From Oopsacas minuta (Eukaryota; Animalia; Porifera), in the NCBI GenBank assembly GCA_024704765.1, contig JAKMXF010000342.1, positions 62,001-126,000 of the forward strand: a stretch of DNA of 64,000 nucleotides. Direction: 5' to 3'. The notes under the pieces were generated by a model that saw only the letters and a program-made list of their open reading frames with translations, was not told the origin of the DNA and made no database searches. Numbering within the stretch: the stretch's first letter is position 1; each line of letters opens with the position of its first letter. The translations under genes and the position numbers were made by a program. Shown piece after piece: positions 27,243 through 40,274 of the stretch.

Positions 27243-28011
27243 TAAAATGAAATATAAAATGTTTAGTTTAGAGTCCTTGTCCAAATACATATTAAATAGT
27301 CAATAACAATAAGGTTATTGCACGAAATGAAAAAGCCCCTGAAAATAGATCGCGCCCCATCCCTTTTTGACAAAAACACCACTGCCGACAATATTAACCA
27401 TATTTACTGAAAGATCCTAAGAAATGCTTTATTATATTACAAATTCCTATGATGATTACACCACTGAACGAGCGAGCGTAGTGAGCAAGACAAAATTTGA
27501 TAGTCTTTAGGTGTAATTTGCCCTCCGTCCAGGGATGTATGTAACAAAAGCTAGCATATGTACTTCACAACAATTAAAATCCATCTACCCGGACAAATTC
27601 CTCCCAAACAGACTCCAAACAAATGGCTCCACCTCCGCACGGCTGACAACCCAATTTATGACTACAGTCTGATCAGAATTATTGTTACAGGTACATATTA
27701 AAGACTTGAGGATTTATTATGGCATATTATATATTTTCAAGCTTCCAGATCTATATCTCACAAGAGGGCATTGCTCGATTGCTCCACCGCTACTCTTCGA
27801 TTTAATGGATAGTTGTATACAGATAGAATTTGATCGTTACTATTTGGATATTTACAATCCTCAGTACAAAATTCAAAAAGATCGATAATATCCATTGTAT
27901 ATAGCTTCACGTCAATTTATTAATTTCCCAGGTGTATAAGAATATTATTTCAAAGTTTCTAGTCTTACAAAATTCGTATTAAATAATTATGGTTGTATTT
28001 TAATATGAAAG

Positions 28012-28047
28012 TGGCTATTGCCACCACATGTAACGTGGCAATAGCCA
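28012..28047. repeat. Perfect 13-bp-stem hairpin with a 10-nt loop
   Basis: tggctattgccac-cacatgtaac-gtggcaatagcca. Confidence 0.9.
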
Positions 28048-28059
28048 ATCTGTGACTCA

Positions 28060-28330
28060 ATACTGGACAGAGCTAGTTTTCTCGCATTTGCCCAGGGAGG
28101 TGTTGTCCGGGTTTTGTATGACCCCAAAGAGTTGATTTAGGTATTGGAATCGAGCTGCTCTTGGATTTCTTTAGATGATTTCCGAGCTAGTGAATAACGT
28201 ACATACCTGTGTCATAGTGCAATGTGTCCCTCCTAAGTTGTGCCCAGGGGGTAATACAGAGTTTTCTGAGCACGCTACTTGCGCTTCTCCTGAATTTTCA
28301 TATGACAAATTCAATAAATCAGTGTTATAG
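28060..28330 (-). pseudogene. Possible Tc1-like transposase N-terminal remnant
   Basis: Minus strand ARKSSKEIQEQL resembles the Tc1 HTH RxTSxEIxxxL. Weak. Confidence 0.35.
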
Positions 28331-28429
28331 ATAGGCAAATATCTCCATTATTCGCACTCCTAAATATACATTGATCAAAGATCATGCGACTAAAGGAGCC
28401 TACTAAAATTCACAGTTTCACTATATGAT

Positions 28430-28765
28430 TAATTATATTTTCACACTTTTTTGAATAATATTCAAATCATGCTAGAGATTTCATTTCAACTGTTACTCAA
28501 AGGTAATCGAATGTGTTGATTCAAATTTTACATTTTCAATTGTATATTTACATGATTTATATTATGATTAATAATATTTCACACCCTTTTGCATAGTATT
28601 TAAATTATCTAAATTTTCGTTTCAACTGCTAGTCAATGGTAATCGAAGGTGTAGATTTCAAATTTCACATTTTCAAACTATATCCACATGATTTCCACAT
28701 GATAATTGTTTTACACATTTTTAATATTTTGCGATGATAACTAGAGATTTCGTTTCAAAAGTTAG
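28430..28765. repeat. Degenerate tandem repeat, unit about 135 bp, about 2.3 copies
   Basis: tttcaactgttactcaaaggtaatcgaatgtgttgattcaaattttacattttcaa recurs as tttcaactgctagtcaatggtaatcgaaggtgtagatttcaaatttcacattttcaa. A third partial unit starts near 28709. Confidence 0.8.
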
Positions 28766-29321
28766 ACAGGGCCTAATGCATGATAATTTGCAATTAACCC
28801 TGTCTAACCTGTAATTGTAGGATAACTATTCGGAATTTATCGATAGGGTTTGAGGATAGAACATAAAATCATCGGGGGACGAATAAAATTGAATAGCATG
28901 AGATGTTTTCAGATGCAGGTACCAAAATCAGTCGGATCCGGCGCATTGTAGCATTTACACGGAGTGAGGATACCTCCTGAAAAGGACAAAATACTTTTAC
29001 CTGAGCTACATTACCAGTCTGTCGGCTGGACAATTGTATTTTTAGGAACAACAAATGACTTCTATCACTAATGTATATCCAAATCAGGGGAACTCTTCTG
29101 CAAATCCATTATCCCAAGTCACAAGGTGTGATGCACAAATAACACTTTCTGTTGCAAACTGCAAAATATACAACACATTTTCAAGTCAAATTGTAAGGGT
29201 TCAAGTACTTAGCATACTTTAGGCAATCTATGAAGAGTAATTAGTATTTACAGTCAAACTTTTCCATAACGGCTACTAAAGGACTGTCCAAAAGTAGCCA
29301 TTATGTACAGGTGATCCTATA

Positions 29322-29348
29322 CACAATGGCACGACAGGTGGAAATTGC
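29322..29348 (+). repeat. E1 5' end: heptamer CACAATG + 10-bp spacer + TGGAAATTG
   Basis: Heptamer 29322-29328, spacer 29329-29338, box 29339-29347. Confidence 0.92.
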
Positions 29349-29941
29349 GAAATATTTGACAGTGATATTTTGATATCTAATTAATCCTATCTTATTCAGC
29401 ATACTCGGAAACCCAGAAATACAGCATATAATGATATTTGATAGTTTTACTTTTGAACAATAGTTATTTCTAGATGAGTAACTTCAACATGATGAAACAC
29501 AAAAATCAAGGTTTCTCAAAGTAGCCAAAGGAATTTGACACATATTCTTGTTTTAGTTATGTATATGAAAATTGTAGCCTGTCATATTGAAGTACTTTAA
29601 GTGGCCATTATAATGAAATACATGACTACTAAATTATAATATTAGCTTTTAGAATATACTAGGTAGAAATTCCAAATAATTTTGGTGAATTTATGTTTGG
29701 TCAATTGAGTTTTAAATGCCACAACTATCTTTGCCTGTTGTTGCCCGTTGTAAATTGGATTTTATTTTGAAGAAAGTTATATTTAAAATAAAATAAACTT
29801 AGTTCTAGCCTGGCGCAACTTGGCGCTAATTGAGTTTTGCAACTATTTCTACTGGTCGTCCCGTAATTTACAGCCCTTTTGTTTGCAACAAATTTTATCT
29901 TATGGTTGATTATTAATTAGTTTCAATTTTACTCCGTCCTA

Positions 29942-32068
29942 ATGAACAACAAAGAAGCCTTCAATTTCTATATGTCCAACTCGGAGAAAGCGTTTAGTAC
30001 GATTGCTCGTGAGTTTATTGCTAAATATAATCTTGGAGAGTCCAATTGTGACTTTTTCCGCCGAAAATTTTCAAATATTAAGTCTGAAAGAAAAATATAT
30101 TTGAAAGAGAAGGACTTAGCAACTTGGGAGGAATTGCCCTTTTGTAGGGATCCTCAAATGGATGACATTCCACAGTCTTCAAATGAAGCTAGACCCTCAA
30201 GGAATCTACAATTGTATTCGAGGAAGATTTTAGTCGAGTATCTCGGAAGCACATCAGCGAATTAAGTAATAAAGGTATGCGATATCGATTAGCCAACCTG
30301 AGATTACATCTGGAAGCTGTCGCACAGCGGGAAGAAGTTTCACCTAAGATGATTTCTAGCTACTTACTGTTGTTGTATTCACAGGAAGAGCATGATGTTA
30401 GCACCGCTAATATCAGCAAAAATGTAATTGCCGGGAGTCATGGATTAGGAAATTTCAACAGGAAACTCTCTTTAGATTCGTCTTGCTTCTTACTAGACTC
30501 ATTAGAAATTGGGAAGTCAAAATACATCGACCTAAGACGTATATTAATTAATGAGGATATCACTCTTCCTGGTTACAATAGAGTCGCAATCCATCGTAGT
30601 CAAATTTGCCTAATTGATGAGATGGAAATAGTGGAAAGAGAATATCCGGTTGGCATTGGCATTTCCTATTACACATTACTCACTCACACAGTGAATAGGA
30701 TAATATCCACAAATACTCCCATTGACAGTGATGACCAACCACTTAAGATTCGGATATCTGATGGGTTAGATGGGTCAGGTTCCCACCGCGTTTATCAACA
30801 AGCAACTTCCCATCCCGATTTAACAACCAAGGACTTTCTATTATTTGGATTTAAGGTGCTTTCTATCACCAATCACCAAGGAAAACTCCTCTGGAAGAAC
30901 TCTGTTCCGAATTCCCCATTCTCGATAAGGCCAATAACCATACTTGCTCTTCAAGAGAATCTAGAAAATGTAGGCTTTCTTATGTCGACAATGGTCAACA
31001 AGGAGACTGAGTACATCGAAAATAATGGTCTAAATTTGATTAATGGTATCACTGCTAGTGTGCAAATTTTGCGTTCGCAAATTGATGGAAAAATGGCTCA
31101 AATTTTGAGTGGTGCAGGAGGAGCTTGTTGTCAGTTTTGCACAACTACATTCGAGCAGATGCACGATTTAACTTTTGTCCAGGATGGCTTTCCCATCAAC
31201 AGGTTTATCAGTGATGCAAAGATCATATTTGAAGAAGTTGATGAAGAGCGATTTCTCTCACTAAGTTCTAACGAAAGATTTAATCTTACCCATGCACCTT
31301 TATCTGATATAGACATAATCCCGGGTTCACCTTTACATGCATACCTTAGGTGTTTCAGTTGGTTTATGTCTCTGGTAAGCCATCTGACTGCTGGAGTAAC
31401 TAAATGGTCACCAACTTCTACTAAAGTCCAATACACCAAGAGTTTTATTTGCGGTTTGTTAAAAGAAAAGTTGAATTTGATGATTGATTGTGCTTCTTCA
31501 CAAGGTGGAACTTCTACAACAGGAAATGTTGTGAGACGATGCTTAGTGAGGAAAGATGATAGTGAGAGACTTCCTATACTGGATTTTGACAGTATTACCA
31601 TCAAATTGCAAACAAGTGATCACTGATATCCACACCTACCTTGGAGCCATCCTACGGGTATATAATTCCAATAGAAGAATACACACAGACGAACTCTCAT
31701 TAGTATGTCGCGAACTTTATCAGCTGATTTTGACGCAATTTTCTTGGGCTAACATAACCCCTACAATGCACAAACTGTTAGCTCATGCAGCAAGCATTAT
31801 TTCTGATTATAATGATGGTTATGGACTGGAACAATTATCAGAGGAAGGTCTGGAGTCAAGCAATAAGTTACTCAGAAGATTTAGAGAACGTTTGTCGAGG
31901 AAGTTTTCCTTTGAAGAAAACTTAAAAGATGTTTTCTCACGGATCATCTGCCAAAGTGATCCGATTCTTCTACTAAACAGAAAGATGCGGAAAAATACCT
32001 CAAGTAACAGCAATACTCTTAGTAAACAAGATCTTATTGTTAATTCCCTCATAATAGAGGATGATTAA
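29942..32068 (+). pseudogene. RAG1-like/Transib transposase with two frameshifts
   Basis: Three ORFs (29942-30265, 30277-31626, 31556-32068) colinear with the intact E2 protein. Motifs: SRKHISELSNKGMRYRL (NBD-like), DGLDGSG, IDGKM, CQFC, TGNVVRR, MHKLLAH and SEEGLESSNK. Frameshifts near 30200 and in a gaga run near 31565. Confidence 0.95.
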
Positions 32069-32220
32069 GTATATTTCTAAAAACTATATTGACATTCCAA
32101 TGACGTCATAACTCGTGATTCCGAAGCCGTATATAAATTCTGATAGTGTAAATCTGTTGTATATGGTAGATAACCTATACGTTAATAATACATCATAAAT
32201 GCATATCTGTTACATAAATT

Positions 32221-32256
32221 GCTATTTCCACCAAACTGTCATTTCGTGCCACTGTG
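32221..32256 (-). repeat. E1 3' end: heptamer CACAGTG + 19-bp spacer + TGGAAATAG
   Basis: Heptamer 32250-32256, spacer 32231-32249, box 32222-32230 (read on minus). Confidence 0.92.
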
Positions 32257-34409
32257 CTATATAGAGGTCGATTTCTATTGAAAATTGTTCTATGGGACAT
32301 TATTTAAGTGGAAGTTAATTATAGGTGACAGTTATACAAAGGTGGCCGTTGAGGGAATTAAAATGAATCTCTACGAACGATACAGAGACCATTATGGAAA
32401 GATTATATTGGAAAATGACTCATCGAATTGGAGCCATGGCCTGGTTCTTCAATCACAAAAGTATAATGAGTGTGAAGTTGGCAGTGAAACAAATCAAACA
32501 CACTTTAACAAGTCATATTTATGCAACCAATACACGCAGAGAGATTCCATTTGGAACATATCCATCTAGCCTAGGGTGGGTTCTATCGTTTTTATAGCAA
32601 ATCCTTCTGCACCTCAATGAGAACGATGACGTTGCAGAAATTTGGAATTTCTATAAATATTTTGTAATTTCGTATAATCGAGCACACGTTAACACATTAT
32701 AATCAGAGATGTCATTAGGAATACAACAATACTAGCTTAGAATCTTTGAATAAGGAACACTAATCTTTTGGTCCCATTTATTCTTAGCATGTATTTGAAC
32801 CTCGAGATAGTAAACACCTCAATATATTTGCAATAAGCATAAAGATGTCTCACTGATACATTTCACAAATTCACAATTTTCAGGCGGAGAACAACCGGTC
32901 CCAGGTAATATTAGAGGGTGCACACCGTAATGCTAACTGAGTTAAGAAACAAATAATTAAGTTGTAAAGATATTTAAAAGTGAATAAAAGCAACTTGTCA
33001 GGTGCTTTTGAGTCAACATGACGCAAAACCACCCAATATTTTACCATTACATGTTTCTTTGAATGTGTTAAAGTATACTCAATGATACCTACAAAATGGA
33101 GAATATTATTTGTAGCCCCCCTTGTAGCCGCCCTTGGGTAGGGGCAGGGAGGGCTGGAGCACCCCTCGTTTGTTTTCGAACCAATAGAGCTAATACAGAA
33201 ATATGGTGTAAAGTCCCACAATAGTATCCAATCCCCAAACTGAACCGCCACAACCCCCGCTCCTTGTGCCTCATAACTACATGCTTCTAAAGATCAGGAT
33301 GACGTAAGAGACAGCAAGACTAGACACTAAAAATGAAGTGAAGTTGGTACCGAAACAAATCTAGCAGATTATCCTGAAAGTATTATCCAAATAACGAATG
33401 AGCAGTCAACGACCTCCACCCATGTAAAGTACCTATTGGTAGTCCATACTTCGGTCTTGGTGTTTGGTAATTGGCAACCTGCAGAACGTTGGTCATGCAA
33501 TAACAGCTACACCGTACATACACTAATAACAATTAGCACTCACTATATACGTATATACTTTCGAAAACGCGGGAATAATACTAGTGGTTGGGTAAGAATG
33601 AGTAAATTTCGCAAATACGTGTACCTACTAGACTAGTAAATTGCAATAAAATAGTGAGTATATCCTTCTGTTGGCGAAATATGTAAAGGAAGTTATTACA
33701 TTGGTGCATTCGAGTATGCTGATTCCAATTCATACTTTGAAATTAAATCATGTGAATTTTACATGTTTCTATGAATATAAAGTAAACAAATAGTTGAAAT
33801 CTCGAAATAAACTTAGAGACTTGCTCTCAACAGAAGAAATGTAATTTTCAATAGCGTTTATATAATCAATACAACCTTAATGCGAATATTCAAAAATATT
33901 ACTCATTTTATACCTGCAAAGTGCAAGTATATTTGTGTCATATCTCCGTATGGAGCTCTCATTTTCTCCTTTGCATTCACCAGAACCGTATACACCCACC
34001 AAATCTTTCTCGCTCGCTACGCTTGCGAGTTCAGATACTCAATGTACACTTGAATAGTTTGGAAAGGAGAAAACATGTAATTTTATGGTACAGGAAATCC
34101 CTCTTCGCTTGAATAAGAACTGTTGATTTACAAAACATAATGTACATATTAGGAGTTTAGATTATTGGACTCATAATCTGTAAATTTATTTCAACTTCAA
34201 TTTTGTACAGGTCTACTAAATCCCTGTGAGTCTGTACAGAACAACAGAAATGGGAAAAATCATCGTACGGTTGGCCATTAGCAGTAAGTATATGCCATGC
34301 TTGCCAACTGTCTCGATTGTCCCAATTGTTTTGAATACCAAAGCGATTAATTTAGCGAAGGTAGCATGGTCTTCTTAAGCTTCAATTAGACACCAAAAAA
34401 GCATACATA

Positions 34410-35692
34410 CAGGGTGGCTCCAAAGTTCTGATACAAAATCACAATTAATATACAACCTTTATCAGGAAGTATTTTCAATTGTTTGCTCTTCCAAGACATA
34501 CCTTATACGTTTCCTAACGAATCTTATTTCAATTTAGTGTATACTATTTCGAAAAAATTGTGATTGACCATGGAATCTGAGAGGTTAGCAATTATTAAGT
34601 TGCATGTGGCGGAGAGAAGTCCCTCAGAAATTTTGAAACTGCTGAATATTGCAAAAGGACGTAGGGCATTTATCTACAGGACGATAAATCGATAAAAGGA
34701 AACTGGGGACACTGTAGACCGGCAGAGATCTGGCCGTCCATGCTCTGTAACGAGCCAGCTTTCAAGAAAGTGGTGCGAGAACGGTTTCGGAGGAACCCAC
34801 ACTGTTCGATGAGAAAAATGGCCTGGGGGCTCATTATATCTCGCCGAACAATACAAAAGGTTGTCGAAAGAGACCTAGGAATGCGTACTTTAAATGCAAA
34901 AGGTACAATTCCTATCTGGCTCGGCGAAATAAAAGAGAGTGTCCCGGACCAAGAGCCTGCTTGCTATTTGGGTTCTCGAAATAGCCTATTCTCAGATGAG
35001 AAAGTTTTCACCATAGAAGAGGCTACAAATAGCCAAAACGACAGAGTCATCTCGACCTCAGTTTCAGCGATCCCTGATAAGTTCAGATATATCAGTGGGG
35101 ATGAAGAAACAGCTGTCGGTGATGGTTTGGGCGAGGGTGTCTGTTGTTGGCCGGAAACCACTGATTTCATCCCCCAGTAATGAAAATCAATGCCAAAACA
35201 TACCAAGAGCTTGTATTAGTGCCTGTGGTAAAAGGTCTGAGCCGGACCATGTTTCTGGACGGCCATTTATCCCCCAACAAGATGGTGCTCCGCTCATACG
35301 GCCAATACCCAAGATTGGCTGAAAATCAATACCCCCAATTATATACACAAGGATGAATGGCCACCATCAGTCCCGATTTAATTCCCATGGACTATTCTGT
35401 ATGGTTTATCTTGGAAAAACAAGGGTTGTTCTGTGTCAAACAACACAGTTAGCTCTTTAAAGATTTCCTTGTGTCGAGAATGGGAGAAGATACCCCAAGA
35501 AACTCTGCGTGTCGCAGTAGAAGGATTCACATAGACTCAGACCTGTCATTTCCAAAAATGGTGGCTATATTGAATAAATGACTCGGAAATATTTTCTTTA
35601 TTGTATGTATTAATTATACATAGAGAACCAATGATAGGTCATGCTGAAAAAACATTATCAACAAAATGGTTATATATCAGAACTTTGGAGCC
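34410..35692 (+). mobile_element. maT/DD37D-type element, degenerate; right TIR lacks its last 8 bp or so
   Basis: TA-cagggtggctccaaagttctgata and tatcagaactttggagcc. Motifs FSDEKVFTIEEATNSQND, PQQDGAP and WPPS.PDFNPMDYSVW. Confidence 0.88.
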
Positions 35693-35899
35693 CTTTATGT
35701 GGTTAGTAATAGTCAATAGTTCTGTATTATTATACCTTTTTTAAACCTACTAATAGATTGTCATTACGTCACTTTTATTAGAATTCTTAAGGCTCCTGAA
35801 CAAAATTAGGTTGGGAACGCCTGCCTATGGTTACATTTCGATCGCAACCTTCATTCTAAAATAGAATCTGTCTGCTAACTCGTTATAAATACCCCAAGT

Positions 35900-38528
35900 C
35901 CTAACCTCTCATCGAATCAACTTTTAACCACCATTTTCGCAATTTGCCTCAAATTTCTAGCAATATGGTAGGTCTCTTGACCATACTTGGACATATTTCC
36001 TGGTTGTCCCTCTTATTATTCATCAACATCGACAAGTAAACTCACTCGTTTGCCTTATGAATCAAAAGAGAAAGAAAAATTGAATCAAACCATTCAGCTT
36101 AGCCCAAAGTCTGAGAGTGAGGTCAAACACAAATTCATCATTAGAAATTTACAGGATCTGAAAGCTAAGTTGAATTATATTGTGTTGCCAGACAGTTGAT
36201 TAGTATGGTATACTGACAATTCTAGTACAAGGTTTATTCTTCTTTGTCTTGTTGAAAAAACTATTTCAGTGGATTTACATCTAGAAATAAATTCCTTTTT
36301 AACAGTATCAGCCTGGTTCAATGGACAAAGTATACATACTTCGCTTAATTCAATTAATGAAATTCGACAAATAGAATCCTCAAAATCTGTATCTGATATC
36401 ATCATACTAAATCACATTCATTTCATATTCCTCGTACCAGACAACACATAGAGAAGGTTATTGGTTTAGCTAGCATAGAGAATAATTAAAATTATTCTTC
36501 CTCAATTATAGCCAAGCTCCAATTTATCCTCTGTCAATTAGATAATGTATTTATTCCGAAGATAGACGAAGGTACAATATAATTACTCAAGTTATGTCAA
36601 TTAAGACCCATCTCATTTCTCCAGCATGTTATGTCTATCTCCAGGGTTTAGAGTGTCTTTCTGTACCGCATGTTTAGACATTAAATACATTGTATTCTTC
36701 GTTTGACATTGAAAACGTTTTTACCTATCTCCTCAAGCTACTTCTTCCTTCAGTTCATTGGAAAGAGATGTTTTTAGTTCAAATGTATGAAATACACGTC
36801 CAATCTGATATTACTTATAAAGGAGGGAAATCTTTGCTCCTAATTTGGACCCAGAGGACGCAACCAGAACTTTTTTTTCGCATAATGGTATCTAGCTTAC
36901 ATAAGAAATGGTCTTGTATTTCAAGATTATTACTATGTGGCTCTATTTCCGCTGAAAAGATACTTCCCATCATAAAATCAAAGAGTGTATCATTGATATT
37001 GAGAATTGTGGTTTAGGTGTACCAGGTAATTTGAACTGACAATTATCCTTTGAATGTAAGTCTTTTCAAACTATTTTTCTGAGTGGCAAATTGAAACTAG
37101 AGTGACTCACTCATTTGATCCTACGAGATTTCTCTTCCTCACACTCGATTTTGTTCATATTTTAAAAGTTTACGTTATAATTGGTTGAATCAGAAGAATT
37201 TTGATAAGACAATACATTTCTCCAAGTTTAAAGATTTTGAGATTGATAAATGCCAGTACCCCCTTTGTCTCCATTCAGCATCTTTTCAAGATATAGGCCT
37301 TCTATACAGCTCTGAAAGAGGAAGTTCAGCGAAACTGGCTCCTCAGGTAACAGTGAAAGCTTGTTTTCCTTCTAGTATAGAAAGACAGAATCTCAGATTG
37401 GTTTTGGAGGTTTTAATGATCTAACACTACCCGCTCCTGAGATCCAAAATGAAAAACGTTGTGAAGACTATCGTAATTATACCTCTACGTTTGTTCAGAA
37501 TTCTTCTTAGTCAGTAGATAATATTCAATGTTAATACACCCTTCAAAGGCATCCATTTAAATGACAATCTCTCAACACCCTTGATCTTACACGATGAACA
37601 TTTCATATATTTAGCTCGTATAGTGTATTGGCTTGATGATTGGCAGTCCTTACCTGGCAAATCGGGTAAATTGAGTACGCAAACGTATACTAGTTAAGAC
37701 ATGCTTGTATTGCTTTAGAACAGATAATAAACTATCTAACTGAGTCATGTGGATTTTCTTATGTTTTGCCTGCATTTTTGCAAACAGACCCATTAGAACA
37801 TCATTTGGGACTCTATCGTATGATCGCTGGTTCAAATTATCATATTTCCTACATTCAAATTCTTGAATTCTAGCGTCCATCCTAAAATGTTTTCTAACCA
37901 ACAGGACTCTTCTCAATCCATACATACTTTTGTCAATTCTTTTACTTCACCTTCTATACTTGTAGTTATGACCAAATAGTTCTTGAGCCATATCTTGATA
38001 AAATTGGTGGTATATTATCAATTGAATACACTCAGCAGATACTGCAGTCTTTAGCTTTTATCAGAGGATATTCGGTCTATAAATTCTTAAAAGGGTTTCA
38101 AGAGTGTAGATTGTGCACTGATACGCTAACTTATGATAAACAATTTATACCTGACAATGATTCAATTTCTCAATTCAAGCTCTTGCAATTAACAGATCGA
38201 GGAGTGCTCAAGTATCCATCTAAACCTGTTCTTAGCTCAGTCATTACTCCTGGAAGATTCTGTTTACTAATTAAGACAATGATCATTTGGCGAATCTACT
38301 TGTACACGGTGCAAAGCTAAATAGATATTAGTTGAGCTCACATTGATAAACATGGAAGATGATGCAAGTATTGATATCTGGAAATCAATCTGTGTTACTA
38401 GATGGGATATCTTACGTAAGCTTATTTTTACTACTGCCAATTGCTGTATTGTCAACAAGATTAAGAACTATATTTCACTTATAACTTCTAGAGGTATAGA
38501 AAAAAGTAAACTGAAAAAGTTCTCATGA
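35900..38528 (+). pseudogene. Degenerate P-element (THAP9-like) transposase
   Basis: HLISPACYVYLQGL, YEIHVQSDITYKGG, MVSSLHKKWS, QTDPLEHHLGLYRMIAGSNYHISYIQILE and DRGVLKYPS. Homologous to the element at 54067-60747. TIRs not established. Confidence 0.85.
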
Positions 38529-39489
38529 TTTTGTGAAGTCTGTGTGTTATTATTGTAATTGTATGTATTTACGTTCATTACGTATGCTGATTGGGTTATT
38601 GTCCAATATCCTATAGTAAATATTATATTACTACATGATTTTTGTATTATCCAATTTTTGTGTAAATATCGTTTGTATATCGACATGCTTAAGTTCCTTC
38701 GATTTTCAGCTAAACATACTAAATATGGCAGCATCCACGTTTTACACTTTGAATTTTCCACATATAGTGTAAATATCTTGTATTTCATAGGCTGTTAATG
38801 TAGACAACTCTGGAGAACCAGGACATCAAAAGGCAGTGATTATTCCATATAAGAGCGAAAATTTAGTGGAAGGGGCAATTTTTTGAGCGTTCCTTTACTT
38901 ATATACTTAGGAATACACCCTGTTAATCGACCATATATATTATCTTTCAAAACAACTTTTGAGATTGACCTCCTTGGATCATATATTTTCTTGATATTTC
39001 TTTCATATCCAAATTGAATACGCAATGCTATCATGTGTCTTGTTATTAATACATTGCTACATCATAGCATTCTTTATAAAGGCCCACCATCAGCAGGGCG
39101 CGCTGCCAGGATCTGGCGAACGGAGGGGCTAGACCTGACGGACACGTTTTATCGTGGGGGCTAAGCTTGCTCGGCATATCAAATAAAGAATTCAACAATT
39201 CGCCTTATATTGCCAGAAAATTCTATAACTTGGTGCTTTGGATGAATAATATAGGTAAATTCAAATGAAGACAGATTATTAAGGTGAATAATATTGTACT
39301 AACAATCAAACACAAAAGCTGTTTGCAAACATTGCCGGTGTCCTAATATGTCTATACAAAAGTGGAAAAATAACCATCCAAGACATAATTGAGTTCTACT
39401 AAATAAATCTAGCACCGAAAGTAAAATTTCAAAATTGTCCAGCCGACAGTCAGGGAATGCAGGTCAGGATTATTTGTTTGTGTTATGAT

Positions 39490-39860
39490 TAATCATAGTA
39501 AATGTGATTAATCACTAGCTAAATCTGTGGATAATGATATGATCGATCTGTGAATTAGTTACTTTCGAGCTTTGAAATTCTCAAAATCGGATTCTACCTA
39601 ATCACCCTTGACAATATGTTGAAACCTAATCTCTAGCTTGCTTTTGTATTTACATAGAAATATGTGAAAATATGGTTAATCGCAAAAAGGTTTCACTTTA
39701 GAAAATATTCATACCCGAGGTGCAAATCTCCGACCCAAAATGTATATGTATCCCAATTTTAATGCTAATTGGACCCTAAATTTTGCACTGCCGCGCGGAG
39801 GGATGGGCGGGCTTAGGGATCTCGCACATCGTCCATGCCATTAGGGCATCTCCCTATAAG
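39490..39860 (-). repeat. Non-autonomous repeat, possibly Helitron-like, related to 46733-46834/49203-49348
   Basis: Both begin ctatagggagat and share aattagcattaaaattggg/attgccatgaaaattagtg-like and tacatt.t.gggtc..gatt blocks. Confidence 0.35.
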
Positions 39861-40274
39861 AGCTGCATTAAATATATAAAAATATATAACAAGACTCATA
39901 AACTGAGTGAGAAACAAGTCTCGAAGAAGTAAGGCGGAATTTTAGTTAAACTAGGCCACCTGACTACTTGTGCGTTACAACATAGTAAACAAAAATCTTT
40001 TGCCAATACATACTATTCTAGATAGCTTTTTGAAATTTTCGTTACAAGGTTGTATTGCTAGATATTTATTGTCAATTTAAAATTAGTGGCATGCTTACCA
40101 TCTATAATATCTAACTTCAACAAATAACATGTACTTATTAAACAAACAAAGCAAAGAAGAAGCAAGTTCAGTAAGAGATTTCTGAATTTTATCTTCCGAA
40201 ATTACGTGGAGGCTTGAGCCCATCAAATTTTCCATAACGCCGCTCCTGCCCATCGGTTGTACAAGGGATATATA

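Larger units (their letters stand above)
29322..32256 (+). mobile_element. RAG1-like/Transib transposon E1 (2935 bp), 5-bp TSD CTATA
   Basis: Starts CACAATGGCACGA and ends TCGTGCCACTGTG. CTATA at 29317-29321 and 32257-32261. Contains a RAG1-like transposase. Confidence 0.96.
29251..32360. mobile_element. pogo-type MITE split by RAG1-like element E1
   Basis: TA-cagtcaaacttttccataacggc start. Removing E1 and one TSD gives the continuous gtacaggtgatcctatatagaggtcgattt typical of this MITE type. Confidence 0.6.

Noticed and set aside
22850-28765. CRISPR-like arrays at 22850-23010 and 28430-28765
   Set aside because: Degenerate tandem repeats without a repeat-spacer structure, no cas genes, and a eukaryotic context.
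27682-29110. Short ORFs and possible exons (e.g. RIPPEKDKILLPELHYQSVGW)
   Set aside because: Interrupted by stops, no recognisable family, and no consistent splice model.
32285-32597. 94-aa and 67-aa ORFs after E1
   Set aside because: They start within MITE sequence and contain no recognisable motif.
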